In this document: positions 12,695-26,302 of the stretch, piece by piece | How the letters are laid out: the number at the start of each line of letters is the position of its first letter | Position numbering within the stretch: the first letter of the stretch is position 1 | Assembly (NCBI RefSeq): GCF_963921235.1 | Contig: NC_086097.1 | Location: 44,084,001-44,148,000, forward strand | DNA: 64,000 bases | Direction of reading: 5' to 3' | From: Mobula hypostoma | Taxonomy: Eukaryota | The notes under the pieces: generated by a model | Databases searched by the model: none | The model's input: only the letters and a program-made list of their open reading frames with translations | What the model was told of the DNA's origin: nothing | Made by a program: the position numbers and the translations under genes

Positions 12695-12805
12695 AAAAAC
12701 TGCAAGTGCTGGAAAACAGAAATAAAAACAGCAATGATTTCAGATCTGATGAAGCTCCTAAGCATGAAACATACACTGTATCTCTTTCCATAGTGCTGCC
12801 TGTGT
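12695..12805. mobile_element. Old PLE terminal remnant with hammerhead-like core
   Basis: cagat CTGATGA agctcctaagcat GAAAC ata cactg...tgctgcctg on the plus strand, directly after an inverted terminus-like tgcaagtgctggaaaa. Confidence 0.4.
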
Positions 12806-13792
12806 GATGAGAGATGTGGGTGAGGATGGTTAGATCCAAGTGCTGGAGTCTCCAAGGCTGAAACTGAGACACGCTGCAAGACTGAAATGAGGACAGAATA
12901 CTAAACTAGACAACAGGCGATAATCCAAGTTGAACTGATGACTGAGCACCGAACCTCCATTCAGGTATTCCTTAAATATTGAATCCAGGAGCCAAAACAT
13001 GGCTGCCAATTCCTGAATCCTTAAAGGGGATGTGCCAGCTATCCATATTCCGGAGAGTTAGAGTGTCTGAGCTCCGGAAGCTGGAGTGGTTGGGTGCATA
13101 TCATAACAGCCTGATCCGCTTAGTTTTTCCAGTATTTTCTCTTCTTATTGTTTTGAGCATTCTGTTCAATAGATGATGAGGCTGCATCAGAGAATAATTG
13201 AACAAAATGATAAATAAGTGATAAATATTATTTGCATTTTTATTTGAAGTCTCCATTATTTCTTGTTATCAAGATCTGGCTTATTCATGTTGAGAGTCTA
13301 CATAATATGATTAAAAACTAGAAAAATACTTTCATGTTAAGCTCAAATAGTTTCAACAAAGCTCACCCTGTACTGTAATTTTACACATATTTTCTTGGCT
13401 GAGCATCTCCAACCTGACCATCTCCCCAAATTTGTTCATACCAGGTTTGGATACAGAAGGTATCCCATGACACAGCATCCCGGGAATATAGTGGCATGAT
13501 CTAGATAGTGGCAGGGTTTTTGTAGCACACTGAGGAAACACTACTCTATTTGAATAAAGTGCCTTCTCCTGCCACTCAGCCAGACTTTCCTTGTGATCTG
13601 TATCCGAAGAGGACATGTGGCACATAGCTACGATCATGTGAATGACTGGAAGATGTAATAAGTCAGAATGTTACAGTAATTTGACAATTTATTAAAAAAA
13701 ACTGCAGATACTGGAAATCTAAAATCACTGAAGGCTTTGACACACATTTGTCAGTTAACAAAATTGTTAAGGTAATATAACAGTTTTGAATG

Positions 13793-16700
13793 TCCATAAG
13801 ATATAGGAACAGAATTAGGCCATTCAGCCCATCGAGTCCACTCCACCGTTTCATCATGGCTGATCTTGGATCCAATTCAACCCCATACACCTACTCTCTC
13901 ACCATATCTCTTGATGCCCTGACCAATCAGGAATCTATCAACTTCTGCTTTGAATATACCCACTGACCTGGCCTCCACTGCAGTCTGTGGCAGAGCATTC
14001 CACACATTCACCATTCTTTGGCTAAAAATATTCATCCTTACTTCTGTTCTAAGAAGTTGGCCCTCAATTTTGATGTCCTCTCCACATCCACCTTATCTAG
14101 TCCTTTCAACTTTCAGTAGGTTTCAATAAGATCCTCCCGAATTCTTCTAAATTCCAGTGAATACAGACCTAAAACTGCCAAATGCTTCTCCTATGCTAAC
14201 CCCTTTATTCCCAGAATCATCTTTGTGAACCTCCTCTAGACTCCCTCCAATGACAATACATCCTTTCTGAGATATAGGGTCCAAAACTGTTGACAATACT
14301 CCAAATGTGGCCTGACTAGTGTCTTATAAAGGCTCAGCATTATCTCCTAGCTTTTATATTCTATTCCTCTTGAAATAAATGCCAACATCGCATTTGCTTT
14401 CTTTATCACAGATTCAACCTGCAAATCAACCTTCTGGGAGTCTTGCAGAAGGACTCCTAAGTCCCTCTGCACCTCTGATGTTTGAATCTTCTCCCCGTTT
14501 AGATAGTAGTCCACACAATTGTTCCTTTTACCAAAACGCATTACCATACATTTCCCAACACTGTATTCCATCTGCCACTTTTTTGCCCATTCTTCCAATT
14601 CGTCTAAACCCCGCTGCAATTACATTGCTTCCTCAGAACTACCTACCCCCCCACCTAGCTTCATATCATCTGCAACCTTTGCCACAAAGAGATCAATTCC
14701 ACTATCCAAATCATTGACAAACAGTGTGAAAAGTACTGACCCCTGAGGAACACCACTAGTCACTGGCAGCCAACCAGAAAAGACCCCCTTTAATCCCACT
14801 GACTGCCTCCTGCCTGTCAGCCATTCCGCTATCCATGCCAGTATCTTTCCTGTAACACAATAGGATTTTATTTTGTTAAACAGCCTTGTGTGTGGCACCT
14901 TATCAAATGCCTTCTGAAAATCTAAGTAATGACATCCACCGTCTCTCCTTTTTCCACTCTGCTTGTTACTTCCTCGAAGAATTCTAACAGATTTGTCAGG
15001 CAAGATTTCTTTTTCAGAAACCATGCTGACTTTGACTTATTTTATCCAAGTACCTGAAACCTCGTCCTTAATAATGAACTCCAAAACTTTCCCACTTCTG
15101 AAGTTAGGCTACCTAGCTTATAATTTCCTCTCTTTTGTCCTCCTCTCTTCTTAAATAGTGGAGTGACATTTGCAATTTTCCAGTCCTCCGGGACCATGCT
15201 AGAATCAAGTGATTCTTGAAAGATCATGACCAATGCACCCGTTATCTCTTCAGCAATCTCTCTCAGGACTTTGGCATGTAGTCCATCTGGTCCAGGTGAC
15301 TGATCTACCTTAAGACCTTTAATTTTGCCTGGCACTTCTTCCTTTGTAATAGCAATGGCTATTCACTCACTCATGCTCCCTGATACTCATGGTCCTAGTG
15401 TCTTCCACAGTAAAGCAAAATACTCATTAAGTTCATCTGCCATTTCTTTGTCCCCCATTACTACCTCATCAGCAACATTTTCCAGTGGTCCAATATCAAC
15501 TCTGTCTTTTTTTTTTGTTTATATAACTGAAAAAACCTTTAGTGTCCTGCTTTATATTATTGGCTGGTCTGCCCTCATATCTCATCTTTTCCCTTCTTAC
15601 AGCTTTTTTAGTTGCCCTTTGTTGAATTTTAAAAAGCTTCCCAATCATCCAACTTCCCACTCACTTTTTCTACCTTATATGCCCTTTCCTTGGCTTTTAT
15701 ACGGTCCTTCACTTCCTTTATTAGCCCTCGGATGCCTAGCCCTGCCTACTATTTGAAAACTTCTTCTTCTGTGGGACATATCTATCCTGCACCTTATGAA
15801 CTATTCTCAGAAACTTCAGCCACCTCTGCTCTGCCATCATCCCCACCATCTTCCTCTAATCCATCTGGGCAAGCTCCTCTCTCATGCCTCTGTAATTCCC
15901 ATTATTCTATTCTGATACTGATACATGTGACTTATGCTACTCCCTCTCACACTGCGGTATGAATTCAATCCCATTATGATCACTGCCTCCTAAAGGCTCC
16001 TTTCATAGAGCTGACTCATAAAATCTGGGTTATTACACAACACCCAATCTAAGATAGCCTTTCCCCAAGTAGGCTCAAGCACAGGCTGCTCTGAAAAGCC
16101 ATCCTGTAGGCATTCAACAAATCTCCTCTCTTGTGATCTGACACCAACCCGATTTTTCCAATCCTCTTGCATATTGAAATCTCCCATTACAATTGTGTCA
16201 TTACCCTTATTACATGGCTTTTCCAGCTCCCTTTGCGATCTCAACCAGACATCTTGGCTATTATTTGGAGCCATTTAATGATTCCCATAATGTTTTTTTT
16301 ACCTTTGCAGTTTCTTAACTCCACCCACAAAGATTCAACATTATTTGACCCTATATCACTTCTTTCTAATGATATAATTCCATCCCTTACCAACAGAGTC
16401 ACACCATCGCCTATGCCTTCCTGCCTGTCCTTTCAATACAAGGTATATCCTTTGATGTTAAACTCCCAACTATGGCCTTCTTTCAGCCACGACTCAGTGA
16501 TGCCCACAATGTCATACCAATCAATCTCTAATTACGCCATGAGTTCGTCCACTTTATTCCAAATGCTACAGACATTTAGATACAACACCTTCACTTCTGC
16601 ATTTTATGCCCTTCTGAATTTTGCCTCTGTGGTACAACTTAACTCCTTGCTCTGTCTGCAGTTGTAGCCAATCATTGGCTTGTCCTTCCATAAATTCATA

Positions 16701-17350
16701 TTACATATTACGTCATCTACTAGTAAACCTGCTGGCTCATCCTCAGCTCTGTCATATTGGTTCCCATCCCCCTGCCATATTAGTTTAAACCACTTCCAAC
16801 AGCTCCCGCAAACCTGCCCACAAGGATATTGGTCCCTCTTGGATTCAAGTGCAACCTGTCCCTTTTTTACAGATCACACCTGCCCCAGAAGAGGTCCCAA
16901 TGATCCAGAAGTCGGAATCCCTGTACCAATTCTTCAGCCACACATTTATCTGCTACCTCATTCTATTCTTATCCTCAGTGTCACGTGGCACAGTCAGCAA
17001 TCCCGAGGTGACTACTTTTGAGGTCCTGCTTCTCAGCTTCCTTCCTAACTCCCTAGCTTCTGTTTTCAGGACCTCCTCCCTATGTTGTTGGTACCAATAT
17101 GTACCATGACTTCTGGCTGCTCACCCTCCCTTTTCAGGATATTGTGGACGTGTTCAGAAACATCACAAACCCTGGCAACCTGGGAGCCAAACTACCATCC
17201 ATGTTTCCTTTTTGTGTCCACAGAATTGCCTATCTGTCCCCCTAACTATAGAGTCCCCTATTACTGCTTCCATCCTCTTCAGCTTCCTGCCCTTCTGAGC
17301 CACAGGGCAGATCCAATGCCAGAAGCGCAGCTACTGTTACTTCCCCAGGT
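13793..17350 (-). mobile_element. CR1 LINE, long decayed copy (ORF1 esterase end, APE endonuclease, RT, 3' end)
   Basis: Motifs VHIGTN (esterase), IVMGDFN and ILDWVLCN (APE), [36 protein letters not shown] and RDLGV. Many stops and frameshifts. Confidence 0.9.
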
Positions 17351-17569
17351 ATGTTTCCAGCAGACGAGGGAAACTCATAAACTATCGAAGTTGAAGTAAA
17401 AAGTGACAATTAGTTTACAAAATAAAATGAACTAAAACAAATCCAAATCTAATAATGTTGAACTTACAGGGAATAATTAATAAAATGATCCATATTCCTC
17501 TGCATCATAATCTACAATCTCTTTGAAATCACTGGGGTCTCTGGCCCAAAATCCAAGGGACAATTTGGA

Positions 17570-18070
17570 ATTATAATTGCTTATTATTGTCATATGTACT
17601 AAGCTACAGAAAAAAGCTTATCTTGCATATTGTTCATACTTATCAAATCATTACACAGTGCTTTATGGTCCAACAAAGTTAAACAATAACAGGAAGCACA
17701 ATAAAGCGTAATTGCTGCCGAGAAAACGTGGTTCAGATCAGGTGCAAACTCGTAACGAGGTAGATTGTGAGGTCAAGAGTCCAGTTTGTTGCACTAGGGA
17801 ACTTTCAAATCGCTTTTTTACGGTGGGGTAGAAGTTGTCCTTGAGATTGGTAGTAGACACTTTCAAGCTTTTGTGTCTTCTGCCCGTTGGGAGGTGAGAG
17901 AAGAAAGGTGGTCTAGAGAGGGTGGGGTCATTGATTATGATGGTTTATCAAGGAAACGAGAAGTATAGACAGGGTCCATGGAAGGGTGTTTGGTTTCTGT
18001 GATGGGTTGAGCTGTCATGAGCACAGAAGTTGCCATGCCAAGGAGTTGTGCATCCAGATAGTATATCTTC
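17570..18070 (-). mobile_element. Rex1/Babar LINE 3' fragment
   Basis: Reverse complement of the LPxGRRxxSLK C-terminal region near 17860-17900 plus the 3' UTR. Confidence 0.5.
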
Positions 18071-18074
18071 CAGT

Positions 18075-18845
18075 AAGATGGCGGCACGTTTGGACACAGA
18101 AGCCCTTCGGGGCCAACCAAAGGTGCTTTTTTCTTTGCTAAATTTCTTGTTTATGATCGCAAGACAATGCTGGATTCCAGGAACTTCACGTATTGCAGTT
18201 CGACCTCATCATTGAGCTGCTCATTGGCAGAGGTGATGGACTGGGTGCAGACCATATTGTTGCCTGCTACTGGAAGGCATCAAAGGCATTGGAGTTGGTG
18301 CACAAAGACAATGTGCAGGTGTAACCATTGGTGACTGTCTTGGGTGTTCCTCTTGCGATTGCAAGACCCTGTTGGACATAGATAATGTAAGATGCCGCAG
18401 ACCTGTTTCCCTTATTTGGTGCAGCGACAGATGGCGGGGGAGCTATGTGGCCTCGATTGTAGCGAGACTAGGCCTCAAGCCACAGACATGCCTACTGTTG
18501 CAGCCCAGGAGAGGGTATGCTGGAGACAGTGTGGCATGGCGTCCATGCTCGGCTGGGGACTGGCCTCTCCAGTTGATCTTGCCCTTCAGTGTTTGATTGG
18601 TGGAATGATAGGCTGGATTGCACACATATCCTTGTCTGTGCACTGCCGAGACCTGCACCATCAATTTGCAGGGCACGTCGCTCAGGGACTTGGATTATAT
18701 ATACGTTGTTTTTTGCGTGATTTTTGTTTTTGCTAATTTTTTGAATGTGCTGCGTATGTTTTTCACCTTGGCCCCAGCAGAATGCTGTCTTGTTTGGCCG
18801 TATTCATGTATGGTTAGATGATAATTAAACTTGAATTTGAATTTC
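18075..18845 (+). mobile_element. Non-autonomous LINE-derived/SINE-like insertion
   Basis: Starts with aagatggcgg (YY1-like), has no ORF, and ends in a taaacttgaatttgaatt tandem tail. It appears to interrupt the flanking Rex1 remnant. Confidence 0.4.
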
Positions 18846-19029
18846 TGACGCATTGATAAAAAATAGTAAAGATCAATAGAGACGTGTTGACGTTTACTAC
18901 TAAGAACTGACAGCTCTCAACCTCAACATTGCTGATATAGACAAGAGCATATGCACCATAGTGAATGACCTGCTCTTTTGTTTTACTGACATTGAGAGAA
19001 AGGCTGTTGTCATAGCAGCATGTTAGTAA

Positions 19030-19621
19030 GACAGTGGCTATATTTCATTAGGAGTTTGAGAAGAATTTGGTTTGTCAACTAATACACTCAAAAGCTTCTC
19101 CAAATGTATTGTAAGGAGCATTCTGACTGGTTGCATCACCGTCTGGTGTGGGGTACGACTGCACCAGATCGAAGTAGGTTGCAGAAATTTGTACAATTAG
19201 TCAGCTCCATCCTGGGTACTAGCCTCCATAACATCCAAGAAATCTTCAAGGAGCGGTGCCTTTGGAAGGTGGCGTCCATCATTAAGGTCCCCCATCACCC
19301 AGGACATGCCCTTTTCTCACTGTTACCATCAGGTAGGAGATACAGAAGCCTGAAGGCACACACTCAGTGAATCAAGAACAGCTCCTTCCCCTCTGCCATC
19401 CGATTCCTAAATAAACATTGAACCCATGAACCCTACCTCACTACTTATCTTTAATTTCTGTTTTGTTTTTGTATGACTCATTTTAACTGAACTATTTAAT
19501 AGACTCAACGTATCTCAGTTTTTTCCTCCAAGTTTATTTATCATGTATTTCATAGTACTGCTGCCATAAAGTTAACGAATTTCACAACACACGTCGGTGA
19601 TATTAAATCTGATTCTGATTC
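19030..19621 (+). mobile_element. Rex1/Babar LINE 3' end
   Basis: HPGHALFSLLPSGRRYRSLKAHT and a (tctgat)n tail. Confidence 0.8.
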
Positions 19622-19624
19622 CTT

Positions 19625-20110
19625 TCTGTCCTCTAACTTGTTGTTATTTCAGAAATGGCCCACTATGTTGATATCATCTGAAAACTTTTCAATGGAGTTA
19701 GAGCAGAATCTGGTCGTGTAGTCACGGTTGTACAGAGCGTAGATTAGGGGGCACAGGATGTAACTTTGTGGAGTACCAGTATTTAGAATAATCATGCCGA
19801 AGGTGCTGCTGCTTATCCGTACTGATCATGGTCTGCTGGTCAAGAGGTCAATGAACCAGTTGTGGAGAAAAGCATTGACTCCCAAGGTCTGGAGTTTGGC
19901 AATCTGTTTTCCTGGAAATAAAGTCATTAAGGTGGAGCTGTAGTTAATGAACAATAGCGCTCATTGGCCAGGTGTTTCAGAGATGAGTGTTGGGCCAGGG
20001 AGATCACATCCACCATGCACCTGTTTCAGCAAGAGGCAAATTGTAGCGTGTTGGGGTTGCTTGGAAGGTCAGAATTAATGTGGGTTATGACAAGGCTCTT
20101 GAAGCTCTTC
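19625..20110 (-). mobile_element. Rex1/Babar RT fragment
   Basis: Reverse complement shows remnants of LFINYSSTLMT (DYSSAFNT-like), TGTPQSYIL (TGxPQGCVL-like) and KFSDD. Confidence 0.55.
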
Positions 20111-20257
20111 ATGTTAGGGTAAGCGATAAGGTAATGAGTGAGAAATAATAGCAACAAGGGCTATGAACTTACAGCATGGGTCGGTAAAAGAAACTATGAT
20201 ATTTTGGCCTTTACACAGTCTTGGCTTCTGGATGTTCAGGGTTTAGATGCTCTGAGG

Positions 20258-20336
20258 CAGGGTTTCCCAACCTTTTTATGCCAGATACCCCTACCATTAA
20301 CCAAAGGGTCCGTGGACCCCAGGTTGGGAAGTCCTG
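20258..20336. mobile_element. Tiny hAT-like MITE within CR1 endonuclease remnants
   Basis: Imperfect TIRs cagggtttcccaacc / ggttgggaagtcctg. Flanks ctctgagg / ttctaagt may be a degenerate 8-bp TSD. Confidence 0.5.
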
Positions 20337-20786
20337 TTCTAAGTGAAAGAGGTGGTGGAGTGGCATTGTAATTAGGGTCAGTGTGAGTGGAAGTCAGAAG
20401 CAGGAAGGAAGCAGAAACTCTATTTGGAATATTCCATAGGCCCCACAATGGCAACAGAGACACTGAGCAACAGATTGGTGGCTGATTATGGCATTGGTGA
20501 CATATGGGCAGCCAGTTCACAAAACTGCTAGATATTCTGCTAGATATACTTCTGAATTATGGTCACTGCAATCAATAGCCCGTAAATTCCTTTTCATAAA
20601 TTTACTTCTGAACTATCTAAAAGAACTGTGATTCTTGAGAATGCAGGTACAGCTATCGCCAAGGCCCGAGAGTGGAAAACAACCCCGAGTTTGGCTCCAT
20701 TACCTCGCATCGATTGAATAAATGAGACAGATTAAAGTGTCAAGGCCCGAGAGTGGTAAGCAAGCTGGCACTCTACCTGTGTTTAA

Positions 20787-20789
<3 letters not shown>

Positions 20790-20828
<39 letters not shown>
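20790..20828. repeat. (CT)n microsatellite
   Basis: Read directly from the sequence. Confidence 0.95.
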
Positions 20829-20832
<4 letters not shown>

Positions 20833-21169
20833 CTTGCTACTACCATCAGGTGGGAGGTACAGGAATCTTGGGTCCCACACCTCCAAGTTCAGGAGCAGTT
20901 GTTACCCTGCAGCTATTGGACTCCTGGACTGACTTTATTTGCCTAGAGTCAGAGGTGGTAGGTGGTAGGGGAGGTTCTCAATGAATACTTTGCTTCAGTG
21001 AAAAGGATCAGTGTAGAACAGGCTAATGTTCTGGAACATGTCGAGGTTAAGGAAAAGGTTGTGTTGGAACTTTTGAAAAACATTAGGATAGATAAATCCC
21101 TGGAGCCAGGGGGAGATATAGACCAGTGAGGCTTACATCAATGGTAGGCAAACTATTCAAGGAAGGAGT

Positions 21170-22490
21170 TATGAGCATTTGGAGAAGCATAGGTTTGAAA
21201 AGAGCTTGGGGCATTTTGGGACTTCAGGGGGATGCAATCATCGTGAGCAGTCACTTGTCTGGCTGAGGCAGCATGAGATTTGAAAAGAGCTCGGGGTCTT
21301 TCAGGACTTTCCAGCGGGCTGCAATCATTATGGTCTCTGAGGCATTTAGTAAAGGCCAATAAAAAGAAGCAAGGTGTAAACAGAGCGGCCATTGTAGGAA
21401 CGGGCAGTGCTAGAGTGGTCAAGCTTTGGCATAACAGGCTTTGGTCAGAACAGGCAGAGTCTCTATGGAAGTTTCTAGTAAGTGTTTTTTCTCCTTGTCT
21501 ATTAGTGTAAAGCGTGTGCGCTGAGAATGGATGTAGGGTTAATGGTATGTTCTTGCTAATGGCTGTGTGAGTTGTGGGAACTCTAGGAGACCTCCACTCT
21601 CCCTGATAACTACATCTGCATGAAGCGCATTGATCTGCAACTCCTTAGAGGCCATGTTAAAGAACTGGAGCTGCAGCTCAATGTCCTTTGGTTCATAGGA
21701 GAATGAGGAGCTACAAGAAGTAGTCACCCCTAAGTTACAGGAGGCAGGTTGCTGGGTGCCTGTCTGGAGAGGGAAAGGGAATAGGAAGAGTACCCCTTTT
21801 GCTGTTCCCCTCAATAATAAGTATACTGTTAGGGTGGGGGATGACCTACCCAACCCCCAACACCAAATGGGGAGGGTGAGCAGCCAGAAGTCGTGCTATA
21901 TATTGGTGCCAATGATATTGGTAGGAAAAGGGAGGAGGCCCTGAAGAGAGAATGTAAGGAATGAGCTAGAAAACTGAAAAGCAGGACCTCCAGGAAAGTA
22001 ATCTCTGAGATGCTGCCTGTGCCACGCACCAGTGAGGGTAAGAATAGGATGGATTGGCAGATTAATGCATGGCTGAGGAATTGGTGCAGGGGGCAAGGTA
22101 TCAGATTTCTGGATTGTTGGGATCTCTACCGAGGAAGGTATGATCTGTACAAAAAGGACGGGTTACATCTGAAGCTGAGGGGGAGCAATATCTTTGCGGG
22201 CATGTTTGCTAGAACTTTTACAGAGGGTTTTAACGAATTTGGCAGGGAAACTGACTGATAGGACTGAGAATGGGGCAGTTGGTATACAAGTTGATGCAGT
22301 GTGTAGTGATACTATGAGAAAGGATCGGCTGGTGATAGGGCGCATGGGATAAGTTGAAGTGTAACATGGGGGCAAATTCAAAAAAGGAGAGAAGGTGTTA
22401 TATTTGAATGGATACAATATATGGATTAAGATAGGTGATCTTGTAATACAGTTAGAGATTGGCAGGTGTGACATTGTGGGCATCACCACG
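21170..22490 (+). mobile_element. CR1 LINE 5' part: UTR, ORF1 (Cys-rich region plus esterase), start of ORF2
   Basis: PDNYICMK, YIGANDIG, INAWLRNWC..QGIRFLD and DLYKKDGLHL (SGNH esterase DxxH), followed by YLN..DIVGIT of the APE domain. Confidence 0.8.
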
Positions 22491-22739
22491 GTAGGATTAT
22501 CTTGAAGTAGGTTAAAAAGTTGAGGTAACATTGTGAGCCAAAGGGCCGGTACTGTGCTGTACTGTTTTATGTTCTGTGATGGTAGACGTCAGAAACATTG
22601 GGCAGTAGTCATTAAGGCATTTATTGAAATACAATTCCTTTTTATTTAAAATGTACATAGAATGCACTAAGCTCATTGAGAAGGGATGTGCTTTTGTCAC
22701 TGATATTGCCCAACTTTATTTTGTAGCTCATTATAGTTT

Positions 22740-23330
22740 GTAAGCCTTGCCACAACTGACACTGGCCAGGAACTTGATTTTTGACTTGCATTGTCACTTG
22801 GCATTTCTAATAACTTTACAGAGGTCATATCCCAATTTCTTGCAAAGATAGGGGTCACTTGATTTTAATACTCCTGGACTTCAATCGGGATGCATCCCTG
22901 GTTCATCCATGGTTTCCAGTTTGGGAACATCGGAATGTGCTCTTTGGTACACAGTATTTTACACACTTGTTGATAAAATCTACAAGAGCTATGCCACACT
23001 CATTTTGGCTGGCAGCTGAGTTTCTGAACATGAACCAGCCTACCAACTCAACACAGTTGTGTAGCTGCTCACCTATTTCCTCAGCATTGTCCAACTTCCT
23101 GTACCGGATCCTCTCATTTCTGCTTCTGTTTGCAAGCAGGGACCTGGTGGTCTGATAGACCAAAGTGTTGACAGAGTGACTCACAATGCACCTTTGATGG
23201 TTGTAAAGCAGTGGTTGGGGATGGTTGAGCCCCTGGTGGGACAGAAGACATCCTGGTAGAATTTTGGTAACACTATTGAAGTTGGCCTGGTTGAAGTAAC
23301 TGGCAATAATGAAGAGGGTATCCTAATTTT
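22740..23330 (-). mobile_element. Rex1/Babar LINE internal fragment
   Basis: VDFINKCVKYCVPKSTFR...NQxPW and IIASYFNQANF (DFNxA-like) remnants. Confidence 0.5.
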
Positions 23331-25709
23331 GAGAAGTTTAACTATTGTTTCTCCAATGTAAACACTGAAGTATCTCAGACAAACTGGAGCTTGTTAGTAA
23401 AATGATTTGACAGACTCCATACTCTGAGCCTGACTGTAGCTCTGATAATTCTGTTTATCATGATGTGTGTACAGAAGTTCTAGAATCGCCTATCTAAATG
23501 CAACCTATTAGTTCATGTGCACTTGTCAAAGAATACATAAAGGATGTGGTTTGTTAATAATGAAACAATAATTTCTGTTCAGTTTCCAAAGAAGAGCTGT
23601 TTAGATAATATTTATAGTCAGGAGGTCATGAAGACATAGTTGAGTGTTTCAACAGTAGATGATTGAGTCAGAGTTAGTGATCTTAGTAATGGTACAAATA
23701 TGTCGTTGGAGGTTCATTTGAGGTCAAAACAATACCAATTGCTAGAAGTTTGTTCTCATGCTAAACTAACAATACAGAATTGAAGAATGCATTTTAAATG
23801 CTTTGTGCAACATGGACTAAATGATTCTTTTTACAATTAACAATATTATTTATATTTTCTGGAAAAATACCGGGCCTGTCTTATTTTGTGACAGCAAAAC
23901 AACAGCTATTTAGCCAATGACCTGCCTCTATAAACTTCTGATTATGACAAGGTTTAGGACAACTGAAAGGAAAACAAGATAAGTGAAACAATGATTAAAG
24001 GAAAATAGTTAATGGCAGAGGATGAACAAATAAAATTAATTACAGGACTATTTTGGAAAATATTATCCATAAAAGAGAAAATGAGAATATAATTTTAAAA
24101 AAAATCAAGATAGAAACAATTGTTGGAAAAGACTAGTGAGCAAATGCACAAGGCCAGAATTAATGTGAACATTTGGCACTAAAGTAAAAGCTGACAACCC
24201 CTTGGGTTTTTAGTACAGCTGCAGTGAACTCATTTACCTCTACAAACATCTGCAGGCTAATCATGGAGAAAGTACTCAAACTAATGAGAAGGTGTACATT
24301 CTACTGATCAAAGAGCCAAAGGGAACACAACAAAGGTGAAGTCAAAGCTGTCCAAATATAATTGTTTCCGTTGTCCCTGTCTATGTGTTGAAATTTAGAG
24401 TTAGGTGGCTAGGGACTGTTTTTTTCGATAAGAATAGTATTCTGTCACTGTTGAAGTTCCTGTTTCCCATCAGTTAAACAGTAACGCACAGGGGGGCTGT
24501 TAACAGTTTGGCGCAGAATCGTAATTGTTTGTTAAATGGAATAAAACCCAGCATAACGTTGCAGCCTTTGGCAAAAATAAACTAACTAAAGAAAAGACTT
24601 GTAATGGTTTGCCATTACCAAATTAAAACAATAATGGAAGAGGAAAGTAAGAGACAAGATTCAGCTGAACTCCAGCTACTGCTTGTGTGGAATTCAATTA
24701 AATTAATGAAAAGAAATGTCACTACAACTGATTTACTTTCCATTTGAATCTTAAATTTGATTCTCAAGAGAGATTCATTACTTAAATGTGAGCAATAGAG
24801 ATGTATAATGAGTGTCCAGATCTTTATATCTAGACCATATTATGAGAAAAAGAATAGTTCTTCAGTTATGTCATACTCTTATGGCTGAAACTCCATAAAG
24901 TTAAATAGAAACGGCTGCGAAGTGTTCAATTGCTTGAAAATATCTGTTGCAAAACAAAAATGTAATTTCCCAGTAAATCCTTGCAAGGATTGACGAGGGC
25001 AATAAGAAATGTGGAACGCACATTATTTGTGAGTGAGGACAACTACTTGGCACAACAGATCTGAGTGTGTATCCACCTTCATTCTTCTCTCAGTGGATCT
25101 CCTACTTCAAAGGAAACTACAAAGAGTAAATAACCTGAGATTTCCACTAAAATGCACTGCTCAGAATTGCTGGCTTTTATCTTCCTAACTGTGTGGAACT
25201 TCATGAACCCTGCACAAGTCTACATAAATACACTTCCACATGAACCTTTCCCAATTATACATTGATATTAGGTTACCCACATAATCCTTAGTGGAGTGTG
25301 AGATTCTGTAGTTTTCCTCCATTTATGCTGGATAATTTACCCATGTCAAATCTGGTAGCCTTTCCAGGCCATTACTTCCTCCAGAGTGAAACCTAACATC
25401 GTGACTAGCTGGGATGCTTCACTCCCAGATCAGCTCAATGCTCGGAAAACCTGTGCCAATCAACTGGCAGGAGTATTCGAGGACATCTTCAACCTCTCAC
25501 TGCTGCAGTCGGAGGTTCCCACCTGCTTCGAAAGCGGGACAATCAAATCAGTGCCCAAGAAAAGCGGGGTGAGCTGCCTTAACGACTATCACCCAGTGCC
25601 ACTCATGTCTGCCGTGATGAATTACTTTGATTCTAGCCATGGCCAACCTGTCAAAGTTCAAAGTAAATTTATTATCAAAGTACATACATGCCACCATATA
25701 CAATCCTGA

Positions 25710-26302
25710 GTTTCAAGGTTGTCAAGCCGAGGAGTGGTAGTGGGGACAAGCTCCCACTACCTAAAAGTGCTCCTCACGGCATGCACCTCAAATAGCCTCT
25801 GACAACCAAGTCCAACTCCTGGCCTTCTCGTGTGGCTGAGCCTCTAAGCCCGGCAGATCTGTTTCTGCTGACAGGAGAAGGGGCAAAGGTGGGTCCTGGC
25901 GCCTTAAAACTAGTGCTTCGGGTAGATGGAGCTTGTCAGCCTGGGAAGGCAGTCTGTCTGAGATAGGGAAAACTTTGATTTCAAACCTCCGCTGCCTTGC
26001 GGTCATACCCACTCATGGGAAAGGCTTTGGGAGTAAACCCTGAGGACAAATCTGGAGCTGGAGTCCCTAAGGCAGTCCGACGTTGCCTTCAACCTCGTTC
26101 TGGCAACTCCTGCGACGACACTGGTGCCGAGCTGTATCGGCCCTTGCCCTTACCTTGGACAACGTCGGTGTCGTGGAGAGGGGAGACTTGTTGCATGGGT
26201 CTCCCATACAATCTTGCCCAGGCCTGCACCCTGGAGAGGACACTCCAAGCAAAACTTTCCGGGTGTAGATCCATGGTCACGCGAGACTAACGGATGCCAC
26301 CA
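25710..26302 (+). mobile_element. Non-autonomous, probably RTE-related short element
   Basis: 10-bp TSD acaatcctga (25700-25709, 26303-26312). GC-rich with hairpins, and an RTE-like 3' end ggtcacgcgagactaacgg. The family call is inference. Confidence 0.6.
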
